Shown here piece after piece: positions 18,801-26,227 of a stretch of DNA of 64,000 nucleotides. Under the pieces are notes generated by a model. The model ran no database searches and was not told where the DNA came from. It saw only the letters and a list, made by a program, of their open reading frames with translations. The position numbers and the translations under genes are program-made. The DNA comes from an uncultured Solirubrobacterales bacterium (GTDB taxonomy: Bacteria > Actinomycetota > Thermoleophilia > Solirubrobacterales > JBBDJG01). Numbering within the stretch: the first letter of the stretch is position 1; the number at the start of each line of letters is the position of its first letter. The DNA is taken from contig CAVRTB010000006.1 in the NCBI GenBank assembly GCA_963724065.1, forward strand, positions 133,105 through 197,104. The letters are read 5' to 3'.

Positions 18801-19020
18801 GACGGCCTGTGCGACCGGCCTCGCACTGGTCCCGCTGGCGGTCGCGGGCAGCCTGCCCGGCCACGAGATCGAGCACCCGATGGCGATCGTCATCCTCGGA
18901 GGCCTCGCCACCGCGACACTGCTGAACCTGTTCGTACTGCCGTCGCTCTACCTGCGCTTCGCGAAGAGCAGGAAGGACCGGCGGGCGGCGGCTATGGCGA
19001 CGGCGCCACAGTCGACCTAA
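15883..19020 (+). CDS. RND-superfamily efflux permease, paralog 2
   Basis: 1045 aa, collinear with paralog 1 (MRWIVSRSLRFRWLVL.., VVVDDAIIDVENV). Confidence 0.9.
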   Translation: MRWIVSRSLRFRWLVLFAATAIMVLGVSQIPNAKVDVFPEFAPPQVEIQTIALGNSSTEVEELITVPIEEQLQGIEGVDELRSKSVSQLSAIRIIFKRGTDELRARQLVTERVAQVTPTLPTWAAPPWIMPPLSATSRIMKIGLTSNDLNLIEMSTLAYWKVRQRILRVPGVAQVNIFGERLNQRHVQVDPAKLAKNGVSLDNVMKTTSEALDAGVLQYADSFVVGTGGFVEENGQRLSIRNVQPIRSAQDLGKVPVVRRDGKVVRLSDLGTVKTDHQPIWGEGVINDEPGLMLIVQKFRGANTMEVTEGIEDAMKEMQPGLPSVEVDTTIFRPATFIEQSIDNLTRALLIGILLVILIIIAFLFEWRTAFISLIAIPLSLLAAILVLDLRDATINVMVLAGLVVAIGVVVDDAIIDVENVVRRLRQARAEGTDISTFRIVLDASVEVRTAITYATVINIVAIVPVFFLENLSGAFFKPLVVSYGLAVLVSMLVALTVTPALCLLMLSRGKLRTTDSPLLRVLKRGYGAILTRVIRRPSPAILTAAVCLLAGLLIYPTLGNQLLPNFKERDFLMHWLTEPGTSAPEETRISVRACKDLREIPGVRNCGSHIGQAMMGDEVYGVDFGENWISVDKDVDYDDTLASVHRTVEGYPGLYRDVQTYLRERIKEVLTGTSESIVVRVFGPDLEVLRDTSEEIAEKIGKVDGVIDAHPSFSEDLPSVEVELDLAAARRYGLKPGDVRRQSSALLASEEVSDIFYGGKAYDVHVWSIPSARNSVTDVEELPIDTPTGDRVTLEQVADVRLAPTPNKIERTQQSRRIDVGANVEGRDLESVVDDVEKLLEGVKLPAGVHTEALGESTELNAAQDRLNMFGLAAAVVIFLLLQAAFGSLRLAALTFLLLPMALVGGVLAVKLGDGVLSLGSLVGFLTVFGIAARNGILMVSHFQHLEQKEGVPFGPALVLRGAKERLAPILMTACATGLALVPLAVAGSLPGHEIEHPMAIVILGGLATATLLNLFVLPSLYLRFAKSRKDRRAAAMATAPQST

Positions 19021-19077
19021 GGAGGGGTCAAGGCAATCCGCCGCGCTGGGCGGCTGCGCAATCGGAGCGCGGCCGCC

Positions 19078-19272
19078 TCAGCGACTGCGCTCGTGCAGCA
19101 GGATGCGATCCGCGAGCGTCGCGGACAGATCCTCGAGCGCGTCTGGGTCAACGCCGGTGCGCTGCCACACGCTCACGACGGCGTCGAGGATGTCCTTCTC
19201 GTCGAGGCCGAACTCGATCGCGGTCTCGAGGGTGGCGCGGGCCTGATCCACCGGCTTTAGATACTGGCTCAT
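19078..19272 (-). CDS. small acidic hypothetical protein (64 aa)
   Basis: MSQYLKPVDQARATLETAIEFGLDEKDILDAVVSVWQRTGVDPDALEDLSATLADRILLHERSR. GGAGG lies 8 nt upstream of the ATG at 19272. This is the only natural-looking part of the 3' third of track ORF 19078..20976. Confidence 0.5.
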   Translation of the reverse strand: MSQYLKPVDQARATLETAIEFGLDEKDILDAVVSVWQRTGVDPDALEDLSATLADRILLHERSR

Positions 19273-19355
19273 TCGGGTCGCCTCCATCATCGAAATCGTC
19301 GACCATGTTGTGCCCGCTGCGCCTGAGATGGGCATGAGAACCGGTAGGCGGCCTT

Positions 19356-20871
19356 TCAACAACCTCCGATTCCGCCGGGGTCCGGGTTCGCCAGGATCCG
19401 CTTGCCGTCGCGGATCGACCAGCCCGAGCAGTAGTAGAAACTGAGCCGGCTCGCGCGGTCGAGCGCGACCGCCTCCCAGTCGCCGATCGCCACCGGCTCG
19501 AGGTAGCGCCACGAGGTCGCGAGCAGGGGCTGGACGCTGCGGTGCTTCAGGTAGCGGTCGAGCCAGGCCTGCACGTAGATGCTCGAGAGCGCCTGGCCCT
19601 GGCGGCTCGCGGGCAGGACGTACGGGATGTCGGTGTACTCGAGGTGGGTCGAGGCGCGCGGCACGACGAGCATCGAGTCGACCCCGGCGGCGCGCCAGGC
19701 GTCGAAGCCCGTCTTCTGCTCGCGGCGCGGGTCGGGCCCGTCGGCGGGCGACCCGGGCTGCGGCGTCAGGGAGGAGCCGTTGTTGTTCCAGTAGGGCTGC
19801 GACCGTGAACCCGTACTCCGACTGGATCGCGAGCGCAGGGACGACCGGCGTGACGTCGGACCCGCCGAACGTGCTGTCGCCGCCGGCGAGCTTGTCGAGC
19901 GCGACGACCGCCTGCACGCGCTCGTCCACGCCCTGCACGTGCGACACCGCGGAGGCGCCGAGGGAGTGGCCGACGATCGCGACGCGCGTCGTGCGCCCGG
20001 GTGTGGCGGTCTTCTTGTCGGGACTACGGTCGAAGAGCTTCCAGAGCGGATTGTGGTCGTTGACCTGCACGTCACTGCTCGCGGGGTTCGCGTAGGGATC
20101 ATCCGGCGTCGAGAGGAAGAAGCTGAGCGCATCCTGGGTGCCGTACACGAAGTTCGAGTCCTGTTGGGCGGGGACGCCTGGGCAGCCGAACATCTCCAGC
20201 TCTCCGGGCGGTGCGAACGGGTTGCAGAAGGGCAGCGCGTCGACCTGGTCGCCCTGGTGCGGGAGTGTCTCGCTCGTGCCCTGCCCCTGCACGTCGTAGG
20301 TGAGCACGACGTACCCTCGCTCCGCGAGATCCTGGGCGAGCCACCAGTACATGTGCTCGGAGCCCTGCACGGACCCGGTGGTGATCACGACGCCGGGGTA
20401 GGGAGCCTGGAGCTCGGCGCCCGTGTACGGATCGCGCGCGCCGGGCAGCGGCGCGAACACGTTGCCCCGGATCAGCGCGCCGTAGCGGTTGGTGTAGGTG
20501 ACGGGGATCCGCTGCCCGCGCGTGCCCGTCCAGCCGCGCCGCAGGGGATTGCCCGCGTTCCACCCCGGGAAGACGTTGCCCGGCGTGATCGCGAGCCGGT
20601 TCGGGGCCGCGGCCTGGTCGATCAGCTGGTCGACGCCGTTGTCGGCGGTCTCGAGCACGAGCGCCGAGTGGTAGTTGGGGTTCGTCAGCTGGCCGTTCGG
20701 CCCGTGCTGGCGCCCGTAGGCGTCGACGATGTTCTGGGTGTCGCGCACCATGTATGGGGCGCTGCCCGGCCCGGATGTGGGCACCTGCGCGGCAGCCGCC
20801 GTGGTGCCGAGGGCTGACGTGGCGATCAACGCGGCGAGGATCGTCGCGGTTCGCGGGTGACCGAGCTTCAA
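19356..20871 (-). pseudogene. secreted alpha/beta hydrolase (esterase/lipase-like), frameshifted
   Basis: TTG 20871 gives MKLGHPRTATILAALIATSALGTTAAAAQ (signal peptide). Nucleophile elbow VGHSLGA. Plausible sequence switches from the frame of ORF 19078..20976 (..ALAIQSEYGFTV) to the frame of ORF 19356..20132 (QPYWNNNG..THLEYTDIPYV..) at 19797-19803. Confidence 0.75.
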
Positions 20872-21032
20872 GCTTCCTCCCCTTCGAGCTTGTGCCGACG
20901 ACGCTTTTCGAGTTCCGCGCGGACGCGGAGGTGAACCGCTTATTCCCGCGAGGGGCGACGCGTTAAACCCCGGCATCGGCGGTCGCTAGGCTCCGGTCGC
21001 CTATTGCTTTCGCGAACGAAGGGACACGGCCG

Positions 21033-21968
21033 ATGAAGCTCGAGGGAATCCACCACGTCACCTGCATCACCGCCGACGCGCCGCGCAACGTCGACTTCTA
21101 CGCGCGCCTGATGGGACTGCGGCTCGTGAAGAAGACCGTCAACCAGGACGATCCGAGCGTCTACCACCTCTTCTACGCGGACGAGCAGGGGAGTCCCGGC
21201 GCGGACCTCACGTTCTTCGAGTTCCCGGGAGTCGCCGTGGGCCGCGCCGGCGACGGGATGGTCCACAGGATCGTGTGGCGCGTCGCCTCCGCGGCCGCGC
21301 TCGACTTCTGGGCCGAGCGGCTCGGCGGCGAGGGGCACGCTACGGAGCGCCTGGGCGACAGGCTGCGCTTCCGCGACTTCGAGAACCTCGAGCACGAGCT
21401 TGCCGTGACCGACTCGCCTGACCCGCCGCTGATCGCCGACCACCCGGAGGTGCCGCGCGATGTCGCGCTCCAGGGGTTCGACGGGGTGCGCGCATACGGG
21501 TCCCAGCCCGAGCGCAGCCGCCAGGTGCTCGAGCAGGCACTCGCGTTCGAGGCGGGCGGGGACGGGTGGGAGGCGCGCGGCGAGCGCCGCGGCGGCCTCT
21601 ATGCCTACGACGCGCCCCCCTCCCAGGGCGGCCTTCAGGGAGCGGGCACCGTGCACCACGTCGCCTGGGCGTCGCACGACGACGAGCACGAGGCATGGCG
21701 CGAGCGCGTGCTCGAGGCCGCGGCGCGCCCGACGCCGGTGATCGACCGCTTCTGGTTCAGGTCGATCTACTTCAGGGAGCCGAGCGGCGTGCTGTTCGAG
21801 CTTGCGACGTTCAGCCCGGGCTTCGCAGCGGACGAGGATCCTGAGCACCTCGGCGAGAGCCTCGTGCTGCCGCCGTTCCTCGAGGCGCGCCGCGCGGAGA
21901 TCGAGGAGCGCCTCACGCCGATCGTGAACCCGCGCACGGCCGGCGCCGCGGGACGGCGCGACGCGTGA
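21033..21968 (+). CDS. ring-cleaving dioxygenase / VOC (glyoxalase) family, two-domain
   Basis: MKLEGIHHVTCITADAPRNVDFYARLMGLRLVKKTVNQDDPSVYHLFYAD.. and a second VOC module (GTVHHVAW..SIYFREPSGVLFE). Confidence 0.85.
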   Translation: MKLEGIHHVTCITADAPRNVDFYARLMGLRLVKKTVNQDDPSVYHLFYADEQGSPGADLTFFEFPGVAVGRAGDGMVHRIVWRVASAAALDFWAERLGGEGHATERLGDRLRFRDFENLEHELAVTDSPDPPLIADHPEVPRDVALQGFDGVRAYGSQPERSRQVLEQALAFEAGGDGWEARGERRGGLYAYDAPPSQGGLQGAGTVHHVAWASHDDEHEAWRERVLEAAARPTPVIDRFWFRSIYFREPSGVLFELATFSPGFAADEDPEHLGESLVLPPFLEARRAEIEERLTPIVNPRTAGAAGRRDA

Positions 21969-22198
21969 CCGGGACCGGCTCGGAGCCGGAGGAGTACGGG
22001 CTCTGTCTGCGCGAGGCCCACAGGTTCCTGGACCTCGGGTGTGAGTCGCTGCGCGGCGGGTGGCCCGACATCGAAGGGCTCGCGGCCGACGCAGGGCTCG
22101 CCGTACGCCGGCTCGAGTGGCCGCACCCACGCCAGACGTGGTTCGCGGCGGCGCTCGACGACGCCACGGCAGACCGTGCCGTGGCAAGTCTTGACTAG
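21965..22198 (+). CDS. hypothetical protein (77 aa)
   Basis: GTGA overlap with the previous stop. GC-rich third codon positions. No recognisable domain. Its TAG stop is at the MITE boundary. Confidence 0.4.
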   Translation: MTGTGSEPEEYGLCLREAHRFLDLGCESLRGGWPDIEGLAADAGLAVRRLEWPHPRQTWFAAALDDATADRAVASLD

Positions 22199-22526
22199 TT
22201 GTAGTTCCCACGCACGTTGTTCCTGTTGCGGGCGTGGCGCTGGTGGCGGGTTCGAAAACCGGGGTGGGTAAGGGCAGGACCCGGGACGAGCAAGGACTCG
22301 CGCGACGCGTCGTTGCGACGCAAAGCGCACGCGTCGGTCGTGAAAGAGCCGTCTGCGCGTGATTCGTATGAGGTGCGTCGATCGGCAGGCGCCGGTCGAC
22401 GAACTTTCCCTCCTGGCGTCCACTTTCACGCATGGCGGGAGGGAAAGTTCGGCGGCCGATGCGCGACCCCGAGGGCTTTCGCCCGTGACCGCGGCCCTTT
22501 CGCTGAAGTCTCGTGGGAACTACAGC
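22198..22526 (+). mobile_element. MITE-like non-autonomous element, short copy (329 bp)
   Basis: Termini GTTGTAGTTCCCACG ... CGTGGGAACTACAGC, flanked by TA on each side (target reads C-TA-G). About 95% or better identical to the reverse complement of 42540..42994, with several 1-2-nt indels. Internal perfect 14-bp stem at 22400-22413 / 22438-22451. Confidence 0.8.
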
Positions 22527-22542
22527 TAGGCGTCAGTGCCGG

Positions 22543-24147
22543 TCAGCCGCCGAGCGTGAGGACCAGCTCGGGCCGGCGGGTCGCATCGCTGTACTCGCGC
22601 GACCTGAAGTCGATGCCGTCGCTCGACGTGGTGGCAAGCACGAAGCCGTAGGTGCCGTCTCCGGAGAGCGCCGGCGTGACGTCGTACTCGACCCATGCCG
22701 AGCTTGCGATGCGCGCCTTGTCGTCCATCGCCGCGCTCGTGCGCGCCGGGCGGTTTTGCCACGTGAGGGCGGTCTCGGCCCCCGTCCAGCTCGTGGCGTA
22801 GGCGGCGGGCCCGTTCGCGGTGTCGCTTGCCGTGCGCAACCGCAGCCGCGCGCTCGTGACCGGCCGTGTGATGCCCTGCACCTCGAAGCGCAGGTAGCTC
22901 TCGACGTCCGGGTCGCCGGCGCCGTCCGTGCGCAGTGTCGCGGAGGTCCCGTGGTTGGTGCTCGCGTTGGCCTCCTCGACGCGCGCGTCGGCCTGGGGGC
23001 GGAAGGTCAGCGTGACCGGCGGCGCGGGCATCGTGACCGTCACGTTCTCGCTCGGCGGCGACTCGTTCCCGCCGCCGTCGACGGCGCGCACCTGGTAGTC
23101 GTGCGTCGTGCCCGCACGCGCGGTCATGTCGGGGTACCCGGTCGCAGGCCCGACCGTGCCGACCATGAAGCCGTCCCTGTAGATCCGGTAGCCCGTGACC
23201 GCGGTGTCGTCCGTCGCGGCGGCCCAGGCGAGGTTCACCTGGGTGGCGCCGGTCGCGACCGCGGTCAGGCCGGTCGGAGCGCCCGGCGGGGTGGTGTCCG
23301 CGCTCGTGCCCGTCGTGTTCCACGGCTCGGGCCCGACCCCGGCGCAAGCGGAGCCGTTGTAGCGCGTGACGCTCGCGCCGGCGCTCGAGAGCCTGATGCG
23401 AACGGATGCCCAGTTGTTGCCCTCGGCCGTGCCGGCGCCGTTGCCCTCGCGGATCCTGTTGCCCGGGTCGGCGACCGAGATCAGGCAGTAGTCGCCGTCG
23501 CCGACGTACTTCCCGTTCGGGTTGAGCACCAGCCACTGGTCGGCGAGCGTGTAGGGGTACTCGTCGCTCCAGCCGACCGAGATGCCCTGGCGCGGGCCGT
23601 TGCAGTCGCGGTAGTAGGCGCTCGCCGGCGATGCCGGGAGCGCGGAGAAGAACCACTTGCTGTCGATGATGCAGAAGGTGACCTTGAAGCTCGACGCGAC
23701 CACCGCGCCGTCCGACAGGCGCGCCAGCGCGTAGTTCGCGAAGTCCTGGAAGTGAAGGTGGTCGTGCGCCGGGTGGTAGGCGATGCAACCGGTCTGCACC
23801 TCGGAGTAGGCCGTGTCCGTGCCGCGCCGGAAGGCACCGTCCGCGTCGGCGTCTTCGTAGACGCGCTGGTAGGCCGGCTTCTCGGCGGTCTCGACGACAC
23901 CGTCGCCGTCGCAGTCCGATGCGCCGTTCCCGACCAGCTCGAGTGGCCCGGTGCTCGCGTTGCCGACCTCGTTGTCGAAGCGCAGGCGCCGCTCGCCGTT
24001 GCTCGTGGCGATCGAGAGCCGCTCCGGCTCCTTGGTGCGCAGGTCCGGAAGCAGGGGGTGGTCCGCGAGCGCCGGTGCGGCGGCCGCGAGCAGCCAGATG
24101 CACGCGGCAAGCAGCAGCAGGCCCAGGTCATCCGTGACGCGACGCAT
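22543..24147 (-). CDS. secreted lysyl-oxidase-like protein with FN3 and DNRLRE-type C-terminal domains
   Basis: Signal peptide. YHPAHDHLHFQDF aligns to the LOX copper site WHSCHQHYHSMDEF. FKVTFCIIDS aligns to HKASFCLED (LTQ Lys). WSDEY aligns to CYDTY (LTQ Tyr). FN3 segment (PPGAPTGLTAVATGATQVNLAWAAATDDTAVTGYRIY). DNRLRE-like segment (ADARVEEANASTNHG..ESYLRFEV). Confidence 0.8.
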   Translation of the reverse strand: MRRVTDDLGLLLLAACIWLLAAAAPALADHPLLPDLRTKEPERLSIATSNGERRLRFDNEVGNASTGPLELVGNGASDCDGDGVVETAEKPAYQRVYEDADADGAFRRGTDTAYSEVQTGCIAYHPAHDHLHFQDFANYALARLSDGAVVASSFKVTFCIIDSKWFFSALPASPASAYYRDCNGPRQGISVGWSDEYPYTLADQWLVLNPNGKYVGDGDYCLISVADPGNRIREGNGAGTAEGNNWASVRIRLSSAGASVTRYNGSACAGVGPEPWNTTGTSADTTPPGAPTGLTAVATGATQVNLAWAAATDDTAVTGYRIYRDGFMVGTVGPATGYPDMTARAGTTHDYQVRAVDGGGNESPPSENVTVTMPAPPVTLTFRPQADARVEEANASTNHGTSATLRTDGAGDPDVESYLRFEVQGITRPVTSARLRLRTASDTANGPAAYATSWTGAETALTWQNRPARTSAAMDDKARIASSAWVEYDVTPALSGDGTYGFVLATTSSDGIDFRSREYSDATRRPELVLTLGG

Positions 24148-24205
24148 CCCAGGACCACACTAGGGTGGCCCCGGGACCCGCGCAAACGAACTTTCTGGTC
24201 TAGAT

Positions 24206-26008
24206 CTAGCGGCCCTTGGCCGTGAAGCGACCGCGCGTGGAGGTCGCCGGCCCCGCGACGGGCGTCTGCTTGACCTTTGCGCTGAACCGGCGGGTGCGCC
24301 CCCGGTCGAGCAGGTTCCGCGAGCGCTTGCTGACGCGCACCGCGCCCTTCGCGAGGGTGAGGGTGAAGTCGTCCTCACCGGCGGCCGGCAGTCCGTAGAC
24401 CCTCAGGGTGCGGCTGTTCACGACCTCGAAGGAGGCGTTACCCGAGCCGCTCACGCCGTTCTCGACCTTGCTCTCGACGAGCGAGAGGTTGGTGGCGAGC
24501 GATACGACCAGCTCCTTGAAGTTCGGCGCGTCCGGGTGCTTCTTCACCGAGACCTTCACGCGGGGCCGGTTGCCGGTGGCGCCGGTGATCTTCCCGGTCA
24601 CGCCGGGGCCGCAACCGTTCACCTTGGCGTCGATCTTGACGTCGGTCGTGTTCGCGCCGTTGTGACCGTAGAACTTCACGAGGCCGCCGACGTCGTTGAA
24701 CCTCGACGACGAGCTGCCCCTGAAGCAGAGGTCCTGGCGGTTCAGGAACACGCCCGTGTTGCGGCCGCCGTCGAGGGCGACGCGCAGCTCCGAAACGGGG
24801 AGCTGCGGGGCGTTCAGGACCAGCGACTGGATCGCGCGGTTGTTGATCAGGGTGGTCTTGGTCTGGATCTTCACGTGCACGCGGCCCTTGAGGTCGAGCA
24901 GCAGGCCCGGCAGCGACGTGTTGGTCTGCTGGATCAGGTACACGGGTCCCTTCAGCTCTTCCGCGAGGTACGGGCTCTTCGCCACGACTCCGCCGAACTG
25001 CGAGTTGGCGGGACAGTTGTCCGCGTCCGCCTGCGCCTGGGTGCAGGTCTTGTAGGCGGTGTTGTTGGTGTTCAGCTCGACCGGCAGCGTGATCTTGTTG
25101 CCGAGCTGGTCGGCGTCGCCGGTCGGCTGGGTGATCTTGATGACGACCGGCGGGAACTTGTTGAAGTCGGTCGACCCGCGGTCGCCCATCTCGATCGAGA
25201 TCGCCGGGCGGAAGGGGATCGTCTGGCAGCCGATCGTGTTGAACCCGTAGGCCGGGCCCTCGACTGGCGTGGTGCTCACGTAGCCGGACGCATCGCCGGT
25301 CGAGAGGTGGGTGCCGCAGGAGGTCGGGTTACGCACGTAGCTGTTGGTCGATCCGTTGAGCACGAACGACAAAGACCTCACCTGGAGGTCGGTGCCGAAG
25401 GCCGCGGCAGGCAGTCTGTTGACGTCGCTGAGGATGCCCGTCAGGCCATAGTCGCCGCCGCCGCGCGGGGTGATGTAGAACGGGATCGAAGAGACCAGGC
25501 GCGTCGACGGGCCGGTCGGGGTCACGACACTCAGGCGGCCGGGCTCGTTGCCGAGCAGTTCCGCGTTGTAGACCGTGCCGGTGAGGCTGGCGGCGATCGT
25601 GGTCGTACCGGACACGACCGCGTCGAGGCGCGACGAGCCGATCGCGCTGCCGGCGGGACAGGCGGTGCCACCCGCCTGAAGGGCTGCCTCCGGGCACTTC
25701 GGGACGGACTCGGGGTTGCCGAGGAGTCCTGCTGCAAAGTTCGTGCGCGCGATCTGGAGGTCCTCCGTCGCGTCCGGGTAAGTGAATCGCGACCAGGAGC
25801 CCGCGTCCGGGAATGCACCTGCCTGGGGCGTCGAAGGGCTGTCGGCCGCCACGGCACCGGCGCTCGGCACGGAGGGGGAAATCTTGTAGGCATCGATCGT
25901 CACCTGCGCCGCGGCGCCGGCGGGCGCGGCGAGCGCGATCAATGCGATTGCTGCGCCTGCGATCCAGCTGCGGGCGCGGTGGCCTCCGGGGTTGCTCTCC
26001 TCCGTCAC
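24206..26008 (-). CDS. secreted hypothetical protein (600 aa), no domain recognised
   Basis: GTG start preceded by AGGAGG. Signal peptide (WIAGAAIALIALAAPAGAAAQ). Coding-like composition. Several conserved-looking Cys pairs. Confidence 0.7.
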   Translation of the reverse strand: MTEESNPGGHRARSWIAGAAIALIALAAPAGAAAQVTIDAYKISPSVPSAGAVAADSPSTPQAGAFPDAGSWSRFTYPDATEDLQIARTNFAAGLLGNPESVPKCPEAALQAGGTACPAGSAIGSSRLDAVVSGTTTIAASLTGTVYNAELLGNEPGRLSVVTPTGPSTRLVSSIPFYITPRGGGDYGLTGILSDVNRLPAAAFGTDLQVRSLSFVLNGSTNSYVRNPTSCGTHLSTGDASGYVSTTPVEGPAYGFNTIGCQTIPFRPAISIEMGDRGSTDFNKFPPVVIKITQPTGDADQLGNKITLPVELNTNNTAYKTCTQAQADADNCPANSQFGGVVAKSPYLAEELKGPVYLIQQTNTSLPGLLLDLKGRVHVKIQTKTTLINNRAIQSLVLNAPQLPVSELRVALDGGRNTGVFLNRQDLCFRGSSSSRFNDVGGLVKFYGHNGANTTDVKIDAKVNGCGPGVTGKITGATGNRPRVKVSVKKHPDAPNFKELVVSLATNLSLVESKVENGVSGSGNASFEVVNSRTLRVYGLPAAGEDDFTLTLAKGAVRVSKRSRNLLDRGRTRRFSAKVKQTPVAGPATSTRGRFTAKGR

Positions 26009-26092
26009 GTCACTACCTCCTGCTCGATTATGTCCTCTTATCGGTAGGTCGGCTCTCGACTGTTAGTAGCACGTAAGTCTGCAAACGGACGT

Positions 26093-26118
26093 CCGGATGC
26101 GTTCCCCGGATGCGTTCC
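26093..26118. promoter_or_regulatory. perfect 13-bp tandem direct repeat in a divergent intergenic region
   Basis: CCGGATGCGTTCC occurs twice back to back, between divergently transcribed secreted-protein genes. Possible regulator binding site. Confidence 0.35.
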
Positions 26119-26227
26119 TGGACGACCGCCTAATAAACGGCGGTTCAAGATCGGCGGGAGCGGGTATTCCCGTGCTGTCCTGGTAGCAGCGTCGGAAAGC
26201 CGGCTCGTACTCGTGCAAGGGGGGAAG

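Noticed and set aside
19078-20976. 632-aa single ORF
   Set aside because: It is a chimera. The hydrolase N-terminal part is real, and about 180 codons of Arg/Pro-rich out-of-frame read-through follow after the frameshift. Those codons run into a separate 64-aa gene. The real hydrolase C-terminus is in ORF 19356..20132.
22217-22651. Conserved ORF pair MFLLRAWRW.. (also 42563..42970 on the minus strand)
   Set aside because: Conservation is due to the MITE repeat. The two copies differ by frame-breaking 1-2-nt indels, and the ORFs run out of the element into unrelated sequence.
24160-24205. Three CTAG tetramers, including the palindrome CTAGATCTAG, in 45 bp
   Set aside because: It was tempting to read these as excision footprints or target sites of the TA/CTAG-inserting element. 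There is no TIR remnant, however, and one CTAG simply contains the gene's stop codon. The idea is too speculative.
26138-26149. 12-mer CGGCGGTTCAAG shared upstream of two secreted hydrolase genes (also 30670..30681)
   Set aside because: A rough estimate gives on the order of a hundred chance 12-mer matches in 64 kb, and more with the GC bias. Distances to the starts also differ (79 vs 22 nt). Not significant on its own.
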